Source: Octopus sinensis (lineage: Eukaryota). Taken from it: DNA of 64,000 bases. Shown piece by piece: positions 12,813 through 24,896 of this stretch. Where the stretch lies: contig NC_043020.1 in assembly GCF_006345805.1 (NCBI RefSeq), positions 9,982,001 to 10,046,000 on the forward strand, written 5' to 3'. Below the pieces are notes generated by a model. The model searched no databases and was not told the origin of the DNA. It was given only the letters and a program-made list of their open reading frames with translations. Position numbers and translations under genes: made by a program. Every line of letters starts with the position of its first letter. Position 1 is the first letter of the stretch.

Positions 12813-13025
12813 AGAATACAGCGAACATTTAAACACAAAAGAGATACCCAAAGGATAGGATATCTGACTCACTAGAAAGAGCAGTTAAACTCCAAGCCAC
12901 TAATTGTTTTCAATCACTTTCGGAATTACAACAATTAGTGGCTTGGAGTTTCACTGCTCTTTCTAGTGAGTCAGATATCCTATCCTTTGGGTATCTCTTT
13001 TGTGTTTAAATATACACTGTATTCT
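12813..13025. repeat. Palindrome with 96-bp arms and 21-nt loop, within a probable Penelope-like pseudo-LTR
   Basis: 12813-12908 is the reverse complement of 12930-13025; homologous to 4850-4990; lies downstream of a minus-strand hammerhead. Confidence 0.85.
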
Positions 13026-13100
13026 TATATATAAGAATTTTTTGCATAATAAGATAAGAAACCAAGGCTGTGTAGATACTAGAGCATTTATAGATAGAAG

Positions 13101-13554
13101 GTCTTACAGCTGTTTCAAATGGAGGCGCAATGGCCCAGTGGTTAGGGCAGCGAACTCGCGGTCATAGGATCGCGGTTTCGATTTCCCAGACCGGGCGTTG
13201 TGAGTGTTTATTGAGCGAAAACACCTAAAGCTCCACGAGGCTCCGGCAGGGGATGGTGGTGATCCCTGCTGTACTCTTTCACCACAACTTTCTCTCACTC
13301 TTACTTCCTGTTTCTGTTGTACCTGTATTTCAAAGGGCCGGCCTTGTCACTCTCTGTGTCACGCTGAATATCCCCGAGAACTACGTTAAGGGTACACGTG
13401 TCTGTGGAGTACTCAGCCACTTACACGTTAATTTCACGAGCAGGCTGTTCCGTTGATTCGGATCAACCGGAACCCTCGTCGTCGTAACCGACGGAGTGCT
13501 TCCTCCTACAGCTGTTTCTAAGATATTTATTAATTATATCCCTTCTTCGGAGAC
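13101..13554 (-). ncRNA. Minimal type I hammerhead ribozyme (U4C core change) split by a SINE C insertion
   Basis: With SINE and TSD removed it reads gtct CCGAAGA a gggatat-aattaataa-atatctt a GAAAC agct GUA agac. Confidence 0.7.
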
Positions 13555-13772
13555 GGTGTAAGAGGATGGTTAAGTCATAGTTAGTTTAGATGTGATACAA
13601 ATAGAGAGTGAGGTGGAGGAAAGAAAATAGATGTAAGATATGTATGGGTATTGAAGTTGTAAATCCATTTTTTAGGCATAATGGTATCTATGCAATATAT
13701 TTATATATATATAGTCGCCATGATAGATCGTTAGCCACTACACACATGTTTTTCTCTCCTTGTTTTTTCTGT

Positions 13773-13814
13773 GTCCCTTTCTGCAGAAGAGCGTAGGCTC
13801 GAAACGTAAAAGAC
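13773..13814 (+). ncRNA. Degenerate minimal type I hammerhead (A6C)
   Basis: gtcccttt CUGCAGA a gagc-gtag-gctc GAAAC GUA aaagac; palindromic ACGU stem III; stem I ttt/aaa plus gtc/gac. Confidence 0.55.
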
Positions 13815-14096
13815 TTTTTCTATTCCTGAGCGTTATACTAATACATCTGTTTGTTTTGTACACCACCTGTCTTCATCTTTTGCTTTTTACATAAACTCTC
13901 CCTATATATATATATATATATATGTATATATTGACAGGGCAAGACTTGCTAGGTAGTCGGCCGTATGCTAGAAATAGATCATCAACGATCAAACTACAAA
14001 GAACGTTCTCTAGAGAAAAATTCAGCGAACACCAGAAACTAATTAGGCGGGCAAGACAGATAAAAATTTATATAAAAAACAGAATTATATATATAA

Positions 14097-14607
14097 CTAG
14101 CAGTATCGCCCGGCGTTCCTCGGGTTTGTAAGGGAAATAACTATATAAGCATTTTTAGAGAGTTACTTCCCTTATAGATGCCAATTCGGGCTTTCTTAGC
14201 CATTTCTGTTTTGGTGTCTTCAAGCCATGAAGTCGTTGTTCTAAAAGAACGCTGGTCTCCTTGACAACGCTTTACGACGTTGATTTCCTTACACTCCCTT
14301 CCCCACAGCTTCACGAGGGAGGGAAGAAGGGGGAGAAGCACACAGGTGCAGGTGTGACCATGGACGCCAACTCCGCCGCCATCGACACACGAAAAAATAT
14401 GCATTAAAATGGAATAAAAAATGATGTTAACTTATTTTTAAAATCGTAGACTCATCGTAGACGCGCGCTAATAGCCAGACGGGCTCGATATGAATCACGA
14501 CTATAAGATACCCGAATTTGGTTAAACTGCACCGCAAAATGTGGGAGTACTTAGGAATCTAAATCGAAGGGGACAGACACTCACATCTACAGTTTTATAT
14601 ATATAGA
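14097..14607 (-). mobile_element. Non-autonomous Helitron. Further copies: 22273-22668(-), 30382-30893(-)
   Basis: On the minus strand: 5' TC start, subterminal hairpin cccgag..acgccggg and 3' CTAG end; A|T insertion site without TSD at 14097 and 30382. Confidence 0.8.
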
Positions 14608-15714
14608 TATATATATATATATAAATTAATTTTTCTTTTACTTACTTATTACAAAGTTATTAAAATTTCAGGTCTTAAGCAATCATGTATAAGAGTATTT
14701 CATCCTTTTTGGAAATCATTAGCATGAGGTGTATAAATTAAGCATTTTATGAAGTGGGGCATGACTTACAGATGGAAAATAATTCCAGTCAGGAAAAAAT
14801 TCATGGGATGTTTGTTTTTCTTTTTGTTTTTTTTTCTCTTTTGCCAGCCACTCAGCTGGCAAAAATGAATAGTACCTAAATTTCAAAGGGCCAGCCTTGC
14901 CATACTCTGTGTCACACTGAATCTCCCTGAGAACTACGTTAAGGGTACACGTGTCTGTGGAGTGCTCAGATGCTTGCATGTTATTTCATGAGCAGGCTGT
15001 TCCGTTGATCAGATCAACTGGAACCCTCGCTGTCGTAACCGATGGAGAGCCAGTGCATAAAGTATTAGCTGTTTTAACAATCAAAAAAGTTCTGAGTCTA
15101 CATACAGGGTAACTTTTATCATGGAAGTTCTATCTCATAATAGCTATATAGTATAGCTATAACACAGTAGCTCCTATAGTAGCAAATATTTTAGTTTTAA
15201 GCACTTTACTCTTTTACTCTTTTACTTGTTTCAGTCATTTGACTGCGGCCATGCTGGAGCACCGTCTTTAGTCGAGCAAATCGACCCTGGGACTTATTCT
15301 TTGTAAGCCCAGTACATATTCTATCGGTCTCTTTTTGCCGAACCGCTAAGTGACGGGGATGTAAATACACCAGCATCGGTTGTCAAGCAATGCTAGGGGG
15401 ACAAACACAGACACACATATATATATATATATATACATATATACTACAGGCTTCTTTCAGTTTCCATCTACCAAATCCACTCACAAGGCTTTGGTCAGCC
15501 CGAGGCTATAGTAGAAGACACTTGCCCAACATGCCACGCAGTGACACTGAACCCGGAATCATGTGGTTAGTAAGCAAGCTACTTACCACACAGCCACTCC
15601 TGCGCCTATGGAAAATTAATATCTACAGCCAGGTTCCATCTTCAAATGAAAACTTACATACAATTACTAACCTATGAATGGACTGATAACAGCAACGCAT
15701 CATCATCATCATCA

Positions 15715-16030
15715 TCATTGTTTCACGTCCGCTTTCCATGCTAGCATGGATTGGACAGTTTGACTGAGGACTGGCGAACCAGTTGGCTGCGCCAGGCTCC
15801 AATCTGATCTGGCAGAGTTTCTACAGCTGGATGCCCTTCCTAGCGCCAACCACTCCGAGAGTGTACTGGGTGCTTTTATGGGCCACCAGCACGAGGGCCA
15901 GTCAGGTGGGACTGGCAACGGCCATGCTCAAATGGTGCTTTTTACGTGCCACCTGAATAGGAGCCAGTCCAGCGGCACTGGCAATGACCTCGCTCGAATG
16001 TTTTTTCATGTGCCACCGGCACCAGTGCCA
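15715..16030 (-). mobile_element. Family D (RTE-like 3' end, (GAT)n tail). Further copies: 16285-16567(+), 16835-17240(+), 20130-20452(+), 40970-41350(+), 41495-42130(-), 45110-45380(-), 63110-63325(+)
   Basis: Shared gttggcgttaggaagggcatccagctgtagaaac...aacccatgctagcatggaaagcggacgttaaacgatgatg end with variable numbers of upstream ~67-bp units. Confidence 0.8.
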
Positions 16031-17439
16031 GAAAGGCTACGCTGGTTTATATATATAAAGTTAATCCAAACATGAAAACACAACAACGCGAGGATGTGGA
16101 ACAAATACAGTATTATAGGACACTCAGGAAGGAAGGGAAGAAGAAGGGTTTAACGTTTCGAGCGGAGCTCTTCGTCGGAAACATAGGTGAAGGAAAGACA
16201 GAGGAACAAAGATCACCAACGGTACACACACGGTCATATTTTGAATGGTTGTCATATATTATTTTTACAGATATTTTTACAGCCTGCCAGCGCCGCCTCA
16301 ACTGGCTTCTGTGCCGGTGGCACATAAAAAGCACCATCCGAATGTGGCCGATGCCAGCGCCGCCTTGGCTGGGTTCCGTGCTGGTGGCACGTTAAAAGCA
16401 CCAACCGATCATGGCTGATGCCTGACCCCCCTGGTACCTGTGCATGTGGCACGTAAAAAGCACCCACTACACTTGCGGAGTGGTTGGCGTTAGGAAGGGC
16501 ATCCAGCTGTAGAAACACTGCCAGATCAGACTGGAGCCTGGTGCAGCCCCTGGCTTCCCAGACCCCGGGAAAAAATAATATATGACAACCGTTCAGCAGC
16601 CAAGACAAAACTAATATTATGGATGACATTCTGTGTGTCAGGAACAAAACTACCCCAAGGTAGTCATTTTAAGGATGGGGGATTACTTTCTTAGTTAAGA
16701 AGGCTGTTGCAAAAAGGGACAACTCTAGCCCTGAATTTTCTGTGAATTGTGAAAAACTGATGGTAAATTAATGGACATGTTCTAAATGTAACTGCATTCA
16801 TGTACATGTCATGACATTATTATAACTTCTACAAAAAGCACCATCTGTTCGTGGCCGTTGCCAGCCTCGCCTGGCCCCTGTGCTGGTGGCATCTAAAAAG
16901 CACCATTCGATCGTGGCCATTTGCCAGCCTCGACTGGCACCTCTACTGGTGGCACATAAAAAGCACCATCCGAACGTGGCCGATGCCAGCGCCGCCTTGA
17001 ATGGCTTCCATGCCGGTGGCATGTTAAAAGCACCAACTGATCATGGCCGATGCCAGACTCCCCTGGCACATAAAAAGCACCCACTACACTCACGGAGTGG
17101 TTGGCGTTAGGAAGGGCATCAAGCTGTAGAAACACTGCCAGATAAGACCGGAGCCTGGTGCAGCCTTCTGGCTTCCCAGGCCCCAGTTGAACCGTCCAAC
17201 CCATGCTAGCATGGAAAGCAGATGCTAAATGATGATGATGATGACAGATCCCTGTTTGTGATAAATAAAGCAACATCCTCACCTCAGCTTCTGCTCATTT
17301 GTAACAGAAGCTACTCATGTCATTTATCCATATCGAATTGTAGGAAAGAAGAAGCTATTGTTGTTTAAGAGATGGAACCATGTTATGACTTCACCTTTGC
17401 AAGACCATAAGTTGACATTCAATTTTTTTCTTACACACA

Positions 17440-18960
17440 TGAAAAGCACCATCCGAACGTGGCCGATGCCAGCGCCGCCTCGATTGGCTTCTGTGCCGGT
17501 GGCACATAAAAAGCTCCATCCGAACGTGGCCGATGCCAGTGCCACCTCGACTGGCTTCTGTGCCGGTGGCACATAAAAAGCACCATCCGAACGTGGCCGA
17601 TGCCAGCGCTGCCTTGACTGGCTTCCATGCCGGTGGCACATAAAAAGCACCATCCGAACGTGACCGATGCCAACGCCGCCTCGAATGGCTTCTGTGCCGG
17701 TGGCACATAAAAAGCACCATCCGAACGTGGCCGATGCCAGCGCAGCCTCGAATGGCTTCTGTGCCGGTGGCACATAAAAAGCACCATCCGAACGTGGCCG
17801 ATGCCAGCGCCGCCTTGACTGGCTTCTGTGCTGGTGGCACATAAAAAGCACCATCCGAACGTGGCCGATGTCATTTATCCATATCGAATTGTAGGAAAGA
17901 AGAAGCTATTGTTGTTTAAGGGATGGAACCATGTTATGACTTCACCTGTGCAAGACCATAAGTTGACATTCAATTTTTTTCTTACACACATGAAAAGCAC
18001 CATCCGAACGTGGCCGATGCCAGCGCTGCCTCGAATGGCTTCTGTGCCGGTGGCACATAAAAAGCACCATCCAAACGTGGCCGATGCCAGCGCCGCCTCG
18101 AATGGCTTCTGTGCCGGTGGCACATAAAAAGCACCATCCGAACGTGGCCGATGCCAGCGCCGCCTCGATTGGCTTCTGTGCCGGTGGCACATAAAAAGCT
18201 CCATCCGAACGTGGCCGATGCCAGTGCCACCTCGACTGGCTTCTGTGCCGGTGGCACATAAAAAGCACCATCCGAACGTGGCCGATGCCAGCGCTGCCTT
18301 GACTGGCTTCCATGCCGGTGGCACATAAAAAGCACCATCCGAACGTGACCGATGCCAACGCCGCCTCGAATGGCTTCTGTGCCAGTGGCACATAAAAAGC
18401 ACCATCCGAACGTGGCCGATGCCAGCGCAGCCTCGAATGGCTTCTGTGCCGGTGGCACATAAAAAGCACCATCCAAACGTGACCGACGCCAGCACCGCCT
18501 TGACTGGCTTCCATGCCGGTGGCACATAAAAAGCACCATCCGAATGTGGCTGATGCCAGCGCCACCTCGAATGGCTTCTGTGCCGGTGGCACATAAAAAG
18601 CACCATCCGAACGTGGCCAATGCCAGCACCGCCTTGACTGGCTTCTGTGCTGGTGGCACATAAAAAGCACCATCCGAACGTGGCCGATGCCAGCGCCGCC
18701 TTGACTGGCTTCCGTGCCGGTGGCACGTTAAAAGCACCAACTGATCATGGCCGATGCCAGACTCCCCTGGCACCTGTGCCGGTGGCACGTAAAAAGCACC
18801 CACTACACTCGTGGAGTGGTTGGCGTTAGGAAGGGCATCCAGCTGTAGAAACACAAGCCAGATCAGACTGGAGCCTTGTGCAGCCCCTGGCTTCCCAGAC
18901 CCCGGTCGAACCGTCCAACCCGTGCTAGCACGGAAAACGGACGTTAAACAATGATGATGA
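17440..18960 (+). repeat. Family D copy with expanded 67-bp minisatellite (about 19 units) and a 551-bp-offset higher-order duplication
   Basis: Period 67 (17461 to 17528); the unique ~120-bp segment starting atgtcatttatcc occurs at 17317 and 17868. Confidence 0.9.
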
Positions 18961-19101
18961 TGATGAATATCTTTATACATTTTTATTTTCATTTCTACAT
19001 TCATTCTCCTATATCCCTATATACTCCTTATTTGCTTCCTTTTGCAAAATAACTCCTCATACTGAATTCTAATATTTCCCTGTATCTAACCATCTCACAT
19101 C

Positions 19102-19149
19102 GTCTCTGATGAAGGGATATCCCTAATATCCCAGAAACAGCCGTAAGAC
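19102..19149 (+). ncRNA. Minimal type I hammerhead ribozyme with intact CUGAUGA/GAAA/GUA core, in a Penelope-like pseudo-LTR
   Basis: gtct CUGAUGA a gggata-tccctaa-tatccc a GAAAC agcc GUA agac; flanks (taaccatc, acacagccttgg) shared with the 13101-13554 copy. Confidence 0.8.
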
Positions 19150-19435
19150 TTTTTCCTTATGTCCTGAAAATTCCACACAGCCTTGGCTTTGTTGTCTCAT
19201 TTTATTTAACATATACATGCTCATACAAGACCTGCAGTAGACTCTTCACTTGTATCATTATCGAACCGAGAGTTTAACTACAGTCCTTCCATAGCACTTA
19301 CATAGCGTTACCTCCCACCTTGGGTCTTCTGGATACCAATACCTCTCGTATATACACACACAGGTGAGTCAGAAAGTAATGCAATTTTTACTTACATTAC
19401 TTTTTGATTCACCCTTATATGTGAGTTTGTGTGCA

Positions 19436-19507
<72 letters not shown>

Positions 19508-19809
19508 CTGGGAAACCTTTGAATTGGCAGCAAATCAGTGAAGATCAAAGAGGCGGCCAGAGGATCGATATCTGACATATATTCCCAGAGAGCTAACCTT
19601 AGCAAAAGCATGAGTAAAAGTAGCAGCAAAGTACAAAGAAAAGAGAGTTGGGGCAAGGATGTCACCCTGCTTGACACCATTCTCTACAGGAATGGGTCAC
19701 GCCATGGCACCACCAGCATTGACCCAAGCCTCCATCCCATCATGAAATGATTTAATTATAGATACAAAGTGATCCGGATATCCAAGTTTGCCAAGTATTT
19801 TCCACAGAA

Positions 19810-20104
19810 AGGCCCTATTTACAGTATCAAAGATGGAGGAAGCAGGTTAAGGAGGGGATCGACACTTTTGAGAGAGCACGTATCCAGCATGAAGAACTTA
19901 AGCGAGCTGCGCGAAAGCGCACGGCTCGTATAGTGAATGGGGAAAGCTTGGTCTGAAATGTTTGCAGTTGTGTATGCTTGTCAAGAGCAGGGCTCATCAG
20001 CCACCAACGGAGCCGCGAATGCAAAATATAAGTTAGTCCTAGAGCGCACAATGTTCTTGAAGGTCGGCAATGGTCTTCCTCGGTCACGAGTGGACGGCCA
20101 TCAT
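19810..20104 (+). mobile_element. RTE (BovB-like) LINE 3' end with C-terminal C2H2-like motif
   Basis: VKEGIDTFERARIQHEELKRAARK...NVCSCVCLSRAGLISHQRSREC then UTR ending gtggacggccatcat. Confidence 0.7.
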
Positions 20105-20461
20105 ATATATATATATATAGTTGTGATACCTGTGTGGGTGGCACGTAAAATGCATCATCCATACGTGGCCGATGCCAGCACCACCTTGACTGGCTTCCGT
20201 GCTGGTGGCACATTAAAAGCACCAACCGATCGTGACTGTTGCCAGCCTCGCCTGGCACCTGTGTCGGTGGCATGTAAAAAGCACCCACTACACTCACAAA
20301 GTGGTTGGTGTTAGGAAGGTCATCCAGCTGTAGAAACACTGCCAGATCAGACAGGAGCCTGGTGCAGCCTCCTGGCTTCCCAGACCCCGGTCGAACCGTC
20401 CAACCCATGCCAGTATGGAAAACGGACGTTAAACGATGATGATGATGATGATGATATATAT

Positions 20462-21160
20462 ACAGGCTGTGGTGAATAAACTGTCATTTAAATTATGCAA
20501 AAATGAAAATAACACTGACATTCCATTTTAACAGATATATTTACCAAAATTACATAAAAATATCTTGAAATGCTAAAGAATAAATTTGTTCAATAAAATC
20601 GCCATTGGTTTCAACCAAGGCCTCCAGACGACTTCAGAATCTCCTGCAACTCTTATGGGTGGTCTCCTTGTTTAAGTTGGTAAATGCTGCCATAATCCTT
20701 GCCTTCAGTTCCTTTTTGGTGTTACAAGGAGATTTGTTGGTCTGTTGCTCAACTGTGTCCCACACATAATAATCAAGGGAGTTGCAGTCCGGGGAGTTAT
20801 GTGGTCAGATGTTAGGGGTGATGTGGTCGCAGAAATTGTGTGACAGCCATGACTGGGTTCTCCTGCTTGTGTAGCATGGTAGAGTTTTGTTGCTAGACAT
20901 AGGGCCTTCCAGCAGCCACCCTCTTGACCCAGGGTAGCACTACCTCCTCCAGGTACTTGATGTAGGCCTCTGTGTTGATTCTGAGGCCATGTGGGAAGAC
21001 AAATGGAGGCATAACATCACCATCACTAGTGATCTCTCCAAACACCATGATGTTGACTGGATGTTTGGTTTTTATCACTCTCAGTACATGTCCTTAGATT
21101 GCACTGTCCTCAGATTGACACCCAAACACTGAAATGTTTGTATTGAAGCTTCCAGCACAA
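20462..21160 (-). mobile_element. Tc1/mariner (maT/DD37D-like) transposase remnant with one terminus
   Basis: KTKHPVNIMVFGEITSDGDVMPPF...YIKYLEEVVLPW, then QQxS...WPHNSPDCNSLDYYVW in a shifted frame; TA-CAG end near 20462. Confidence 0.85.
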
Positions 21161-21219
21161 ACGCCAAGCAGTACAGTATGCCATTTCCAAATTTCTGGCA
21201 GAGTGGATTGCATCATCAT

Positions 21220-21525
21220 AATAATAATAATAATAATAATAATTGTGTACAGTGCTCAGGTGCACTACAACTCATCTAAAGTGTATGTATAATCAGGTGT
21301 AGTTTCGGCGGATTTCGGAAAGCATGAGGGCCTTAAAGGATGCAGTGTCATGGCAGTCAACAACTGACGCAGGCAGTTTATTCCATGCTTCAGCAACTCT
21401 GAGCGTGAAAAAATGTTTCCGAAAGTCATGGGAGCTGTGTTGTTTTCTGACTTTGTAGGCATGTCCACGTGTGTTAGACACATGGAGATCATGGTAGACA
21501 TCATGGTACTGTTCTTCTGACAGAT
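21220..21525 (-). mobile_element. CR1-like LINE 3' end with (ATT)n tail
   Basis: TRGHAYKVRKQHSSHDFRKHFFTLRVAEAWNKLPASVV is a typical CR1 ORF2 C-terminus. Confidence 0.85.
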
Positions 21526-21699
21526 GGAGCTTAACAGAACCTACAATGATGTGTAGTTGACGAAATCAAAAACAATGTGCATGCACGAAATTAAAAATAT
21601 AAAATGGCAACAATCTACCCATCAAGCCCTGTATGTGTGGTATGACATAGAAACCCATAACAGTCTGACTAAAGGAGCTTCTAACATTGAAGGTGGGCT

Positions 21700-22700
21700 C
21701 TATAGAGTTGAAAATTTGAAGGAAATTTGGCTGATATTCCTAGCAGGGTGAGAAACTATACATGTTGTTGATGGTGGTGGTGGTAGAGTTGGAATTTTGA
21801 AGGAATTTAGCTGATATTTCTAGCAGGGTAAGAAACTATACATGTTGTTGATGGTGGTGGTGGTGGTGGTGGTGGTGGTGGTAGAGTTGAAATTTTGAAA
21901 GAATTTAGCTGATATTTCTAGCAGGGTAAGAAACTACACGTTGTTGCTGTTATTGATGTTGATGGTGGTGGTGGTGGTAGAGTTGAAATTTTGAAGGAAT
22001 TTAGCTGATATTTCTAGCAGGATGAGAAACTACACATGGATAAGGGTGATTAGGTGATGGTCTTCTAGGGCTTAGGGGCAGGGCACCCCAGACCTTAGAA
22101 AAAAAGAAAGACTTCGGTCGTCTTGTTGTGGTCAAGGGCTCTTCGTTGACGCCCGACACCACTGGGTGGTGGCCCTCGAAGTCGCTGGAAATGGAGATCT
22201 CCAGGTTCAAATTCTTGAACGGCTGGTGGTGGTGGTAGAGTTGAAATTTTGAAAGAAATTTAGCTGATATTTCTAGCAGTATCGCCCGGCGTTGCTCGGG
22301 TTTGTAAGGGAAATAACTATGTAAGCATTTTTAGAGAGTTATAGCCAAAAAATAGCAAAAAATGCATTAAAAATGGAAAAAAAATGGTAAATTTTTTTTT
22401 AAATCGTTGACTCATCGTAGACATTTTTAGAGTTACTTCCCTTATATAATAGCGAAAAAATGCATTAAAATGGAAAAAAATGATGGTAAATTTTTTTTTA
22501 AATCGTAGACTCATCGTAGACGCGCGCTAATACCCAGAAGGGCTCGATATGAATCACGACTATAAGATACCCGGTTTTGGTTACACTGCACCGCAAAATG
22601 TGGGAGTAGTTAGGAATCTAAATCGTAGGAGACAGACAGACACACAACTTCACTTTTATATATAAAGATTTCTAGCAGGGTGAGAAACTACACATGATGA
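21700..22700 (+). repeat. ~70-90-bp minisatellite with (GGT)n linker, interrupted by a Helitron
   Basis: Repeated ggtagagttgaaattttgaaggaatttagctgatatttctagcagggtaagaaactatacatg. Confidence 0.85.
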
Positions 22701-22758
22701 TGATGATGGTGGTGGCGGTGGTTGTTACAGAGGTCGTCGTGACGGTTGCTGGTAGTAG

Positions 22759-22789
<31 letters not shown>

Positions 22790-23189
22790 AGTGGTGGCCA
22801 CGGCAGCAGCGGCGGTGGTGGTGGTGGTGGTGGTATCAGTGATAAGTCACAATGATGATAAAGAGGTTATTCTTGGAAAACGACTTTCATTTTGTTTTCT
22901 GAGAAATTTACTTTCACAACTAGTAGTAGCAGCAGGAGCTGCAACAGATGGTGGTGGTGGTGGTGGCGACGGTGGTGGTTGTAGTGGTCAAGGTTACGGT
23001 AATGCAATGCGGTGGTTGTGGTGATGTAATTCTGGTAAGTGGGTGGTGGAGGAGCAGTGACCCCCCCCCCACGGTGACTGTAGTGGTAGTTGTAATAATA
23101 GTGGTTGTGGTAGTAGTGGTGGTGGTGAAGGTGGTAGAAGTAACAATGGTTGCTGGGATAGTAGTAGTGGTGGTGACGGTGGAGGTGGT

Positions 23190-23577
23190 AATGATGGTTG
23201 TTGTTTTTGCTGTGGTGGTGGTGGTAGTGGTAGTAGTAGTGGTGGTGGTGGTGGTGGTGGTAGTAGTAGTGGTGGTGGTAGAAGTGGTGGTGGTAGTACT
23301 AGTAGTAGTCGTAGTGGTGGTGATAGTAGTAGTAGTGGTGGTGGTAGAAGTAGTGGTGGTGGTGGTAGAAGTAGTGGTGGTGGTGGTAGTAGTAGTGGTG
23401 GTGGTGGTGGTAGTAGTAGTAGTAGTGGTGGTGGTGGTAGTAGTAGTAGTAGTGGTGGTGGTGGTAGTAGTGGTGGTGGTGGTGGTGGTGGTAGAAGTAG
23501 TGGTGGTGGTGGTGGTAGTAGTAGTGGTGGTGGTGGTAGTAGTGGTGGTGGTGGTGGTAGTAGTAGTAGTAGTGGTG

Positions 23578-23610
<33 letters not shown>

Positions 23611-23622
23611 TTGGTGGTGGTG

Positions 23623-23678
<56 letters not shown>

Positions 23679-23793
23679 GGTGGTGGTGGTAGTAATAGTG
23701 GTGGTGGTGGTAGTAGTAGTGGTGGTGGTAGTAGTAGTGGTGGTGGTGGTGGTAGTAGTGGTGGTGGTGGTGGTAGTAGTAGTAGTAGTGGTG

Positions 23794-23826
<33 letters not shown>

Positions 23827-23976
23827 TTGGTGGTGGTGGTAGTAGTAGTAGCAGTGGTGGTGGTGGTAGTAGTGGTGGTGGTGGTGGTGGTGGTAGAAGT
23901 AGTGGTGGTGGTGGTGGTAGTAGTAGTGGTGGTGGTAGTAGTAGTGGTGGTGGTGGTAGTAGTAGTGGTGGTGGTG

Positions 23977-24011
<35 letters not shown>

Positions 24012-24048
24012 GGTGGTGGTGGTGGTAGTAGTGGTGGTGGTGGTGGTG

Positions 24049-24104
<56 letters not shown>

Positions 24105-24153
24105 GGTGGTGGTGGTAGTAGTAGTGGTGGTGGTAGTAGTAGTGGTGGTGGTG

Positions 24154-24185
<32 letters not shown>

Positions 24186-24330
24186 GGTGGTGGTGGTAGT
24201 AGTAGTGGTGGTGGTAGTAGTAGTGGTGGTGGTGGTGGTAGTAGTGGTGGTGGTAGTAGTAGAGGTGGTGGTGGTAGTAGTAGTGGTGGTGGTAGTAGTA
24301 GTGGTGGTGGTAGTAGTAGTCGTGGTGGTG

Positions 24331-24365
<35 letters not shown>

Positions 24366-24414
24366 GGTGGTGGCGGTAGTAGTAGTGGTGGTGGTAGTAG
24401 TAGTGGTGGTGGTG

Positions 24415-24446
<32 letters not shown>

Positions 24447-24645
24447 GGTGGTGGTGGTAGTAGTAGTAGTGGTGGTGGTGGTAGTAGTAGTGGCGGTGGT
24501 GGTAGTAGTAGTGGTGGTGGTGGTGGTAGTAGTGGTGGTGGTGGTGGTAGTAGTAGTGGTGGTGGTGGTGGTAGTAGTAGTGGTGGTGGTAGAAGTGGTG
24601 GTGGTAGTAGTAGTAGTAGTGGTGGCAGTAGTAGTAGTGGTAGAA

Positions 24646-24685
<40 letters not shown>

Positions 24686-24693
24686 AAGTGGTG

Positions 24694-24728
<35 letters not shown>

Positions 24729-24735
24729 GGTAGAA

Positions 24736-24778
<43 letters not shown>

Positions 24779-24804
24779 AAGTGGTGGTAGTAGTAGTGGT
24801 AGAT

Positions 24805-24848
<44 letters not shown>

Positions 24849-24861
24849 AGTAGTAGTAGTG

Positions 24862-24896
<35 letters not shown>

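Noticed and set aside
17440-18780. 67-bp hairpin array as CRISPR-like, and its long Cys/Trp-rich ORFs as genes
   Set aside because: Variable halves are all homologous; the ORFs cycle through three frames because 67 is not a multiple of 3.
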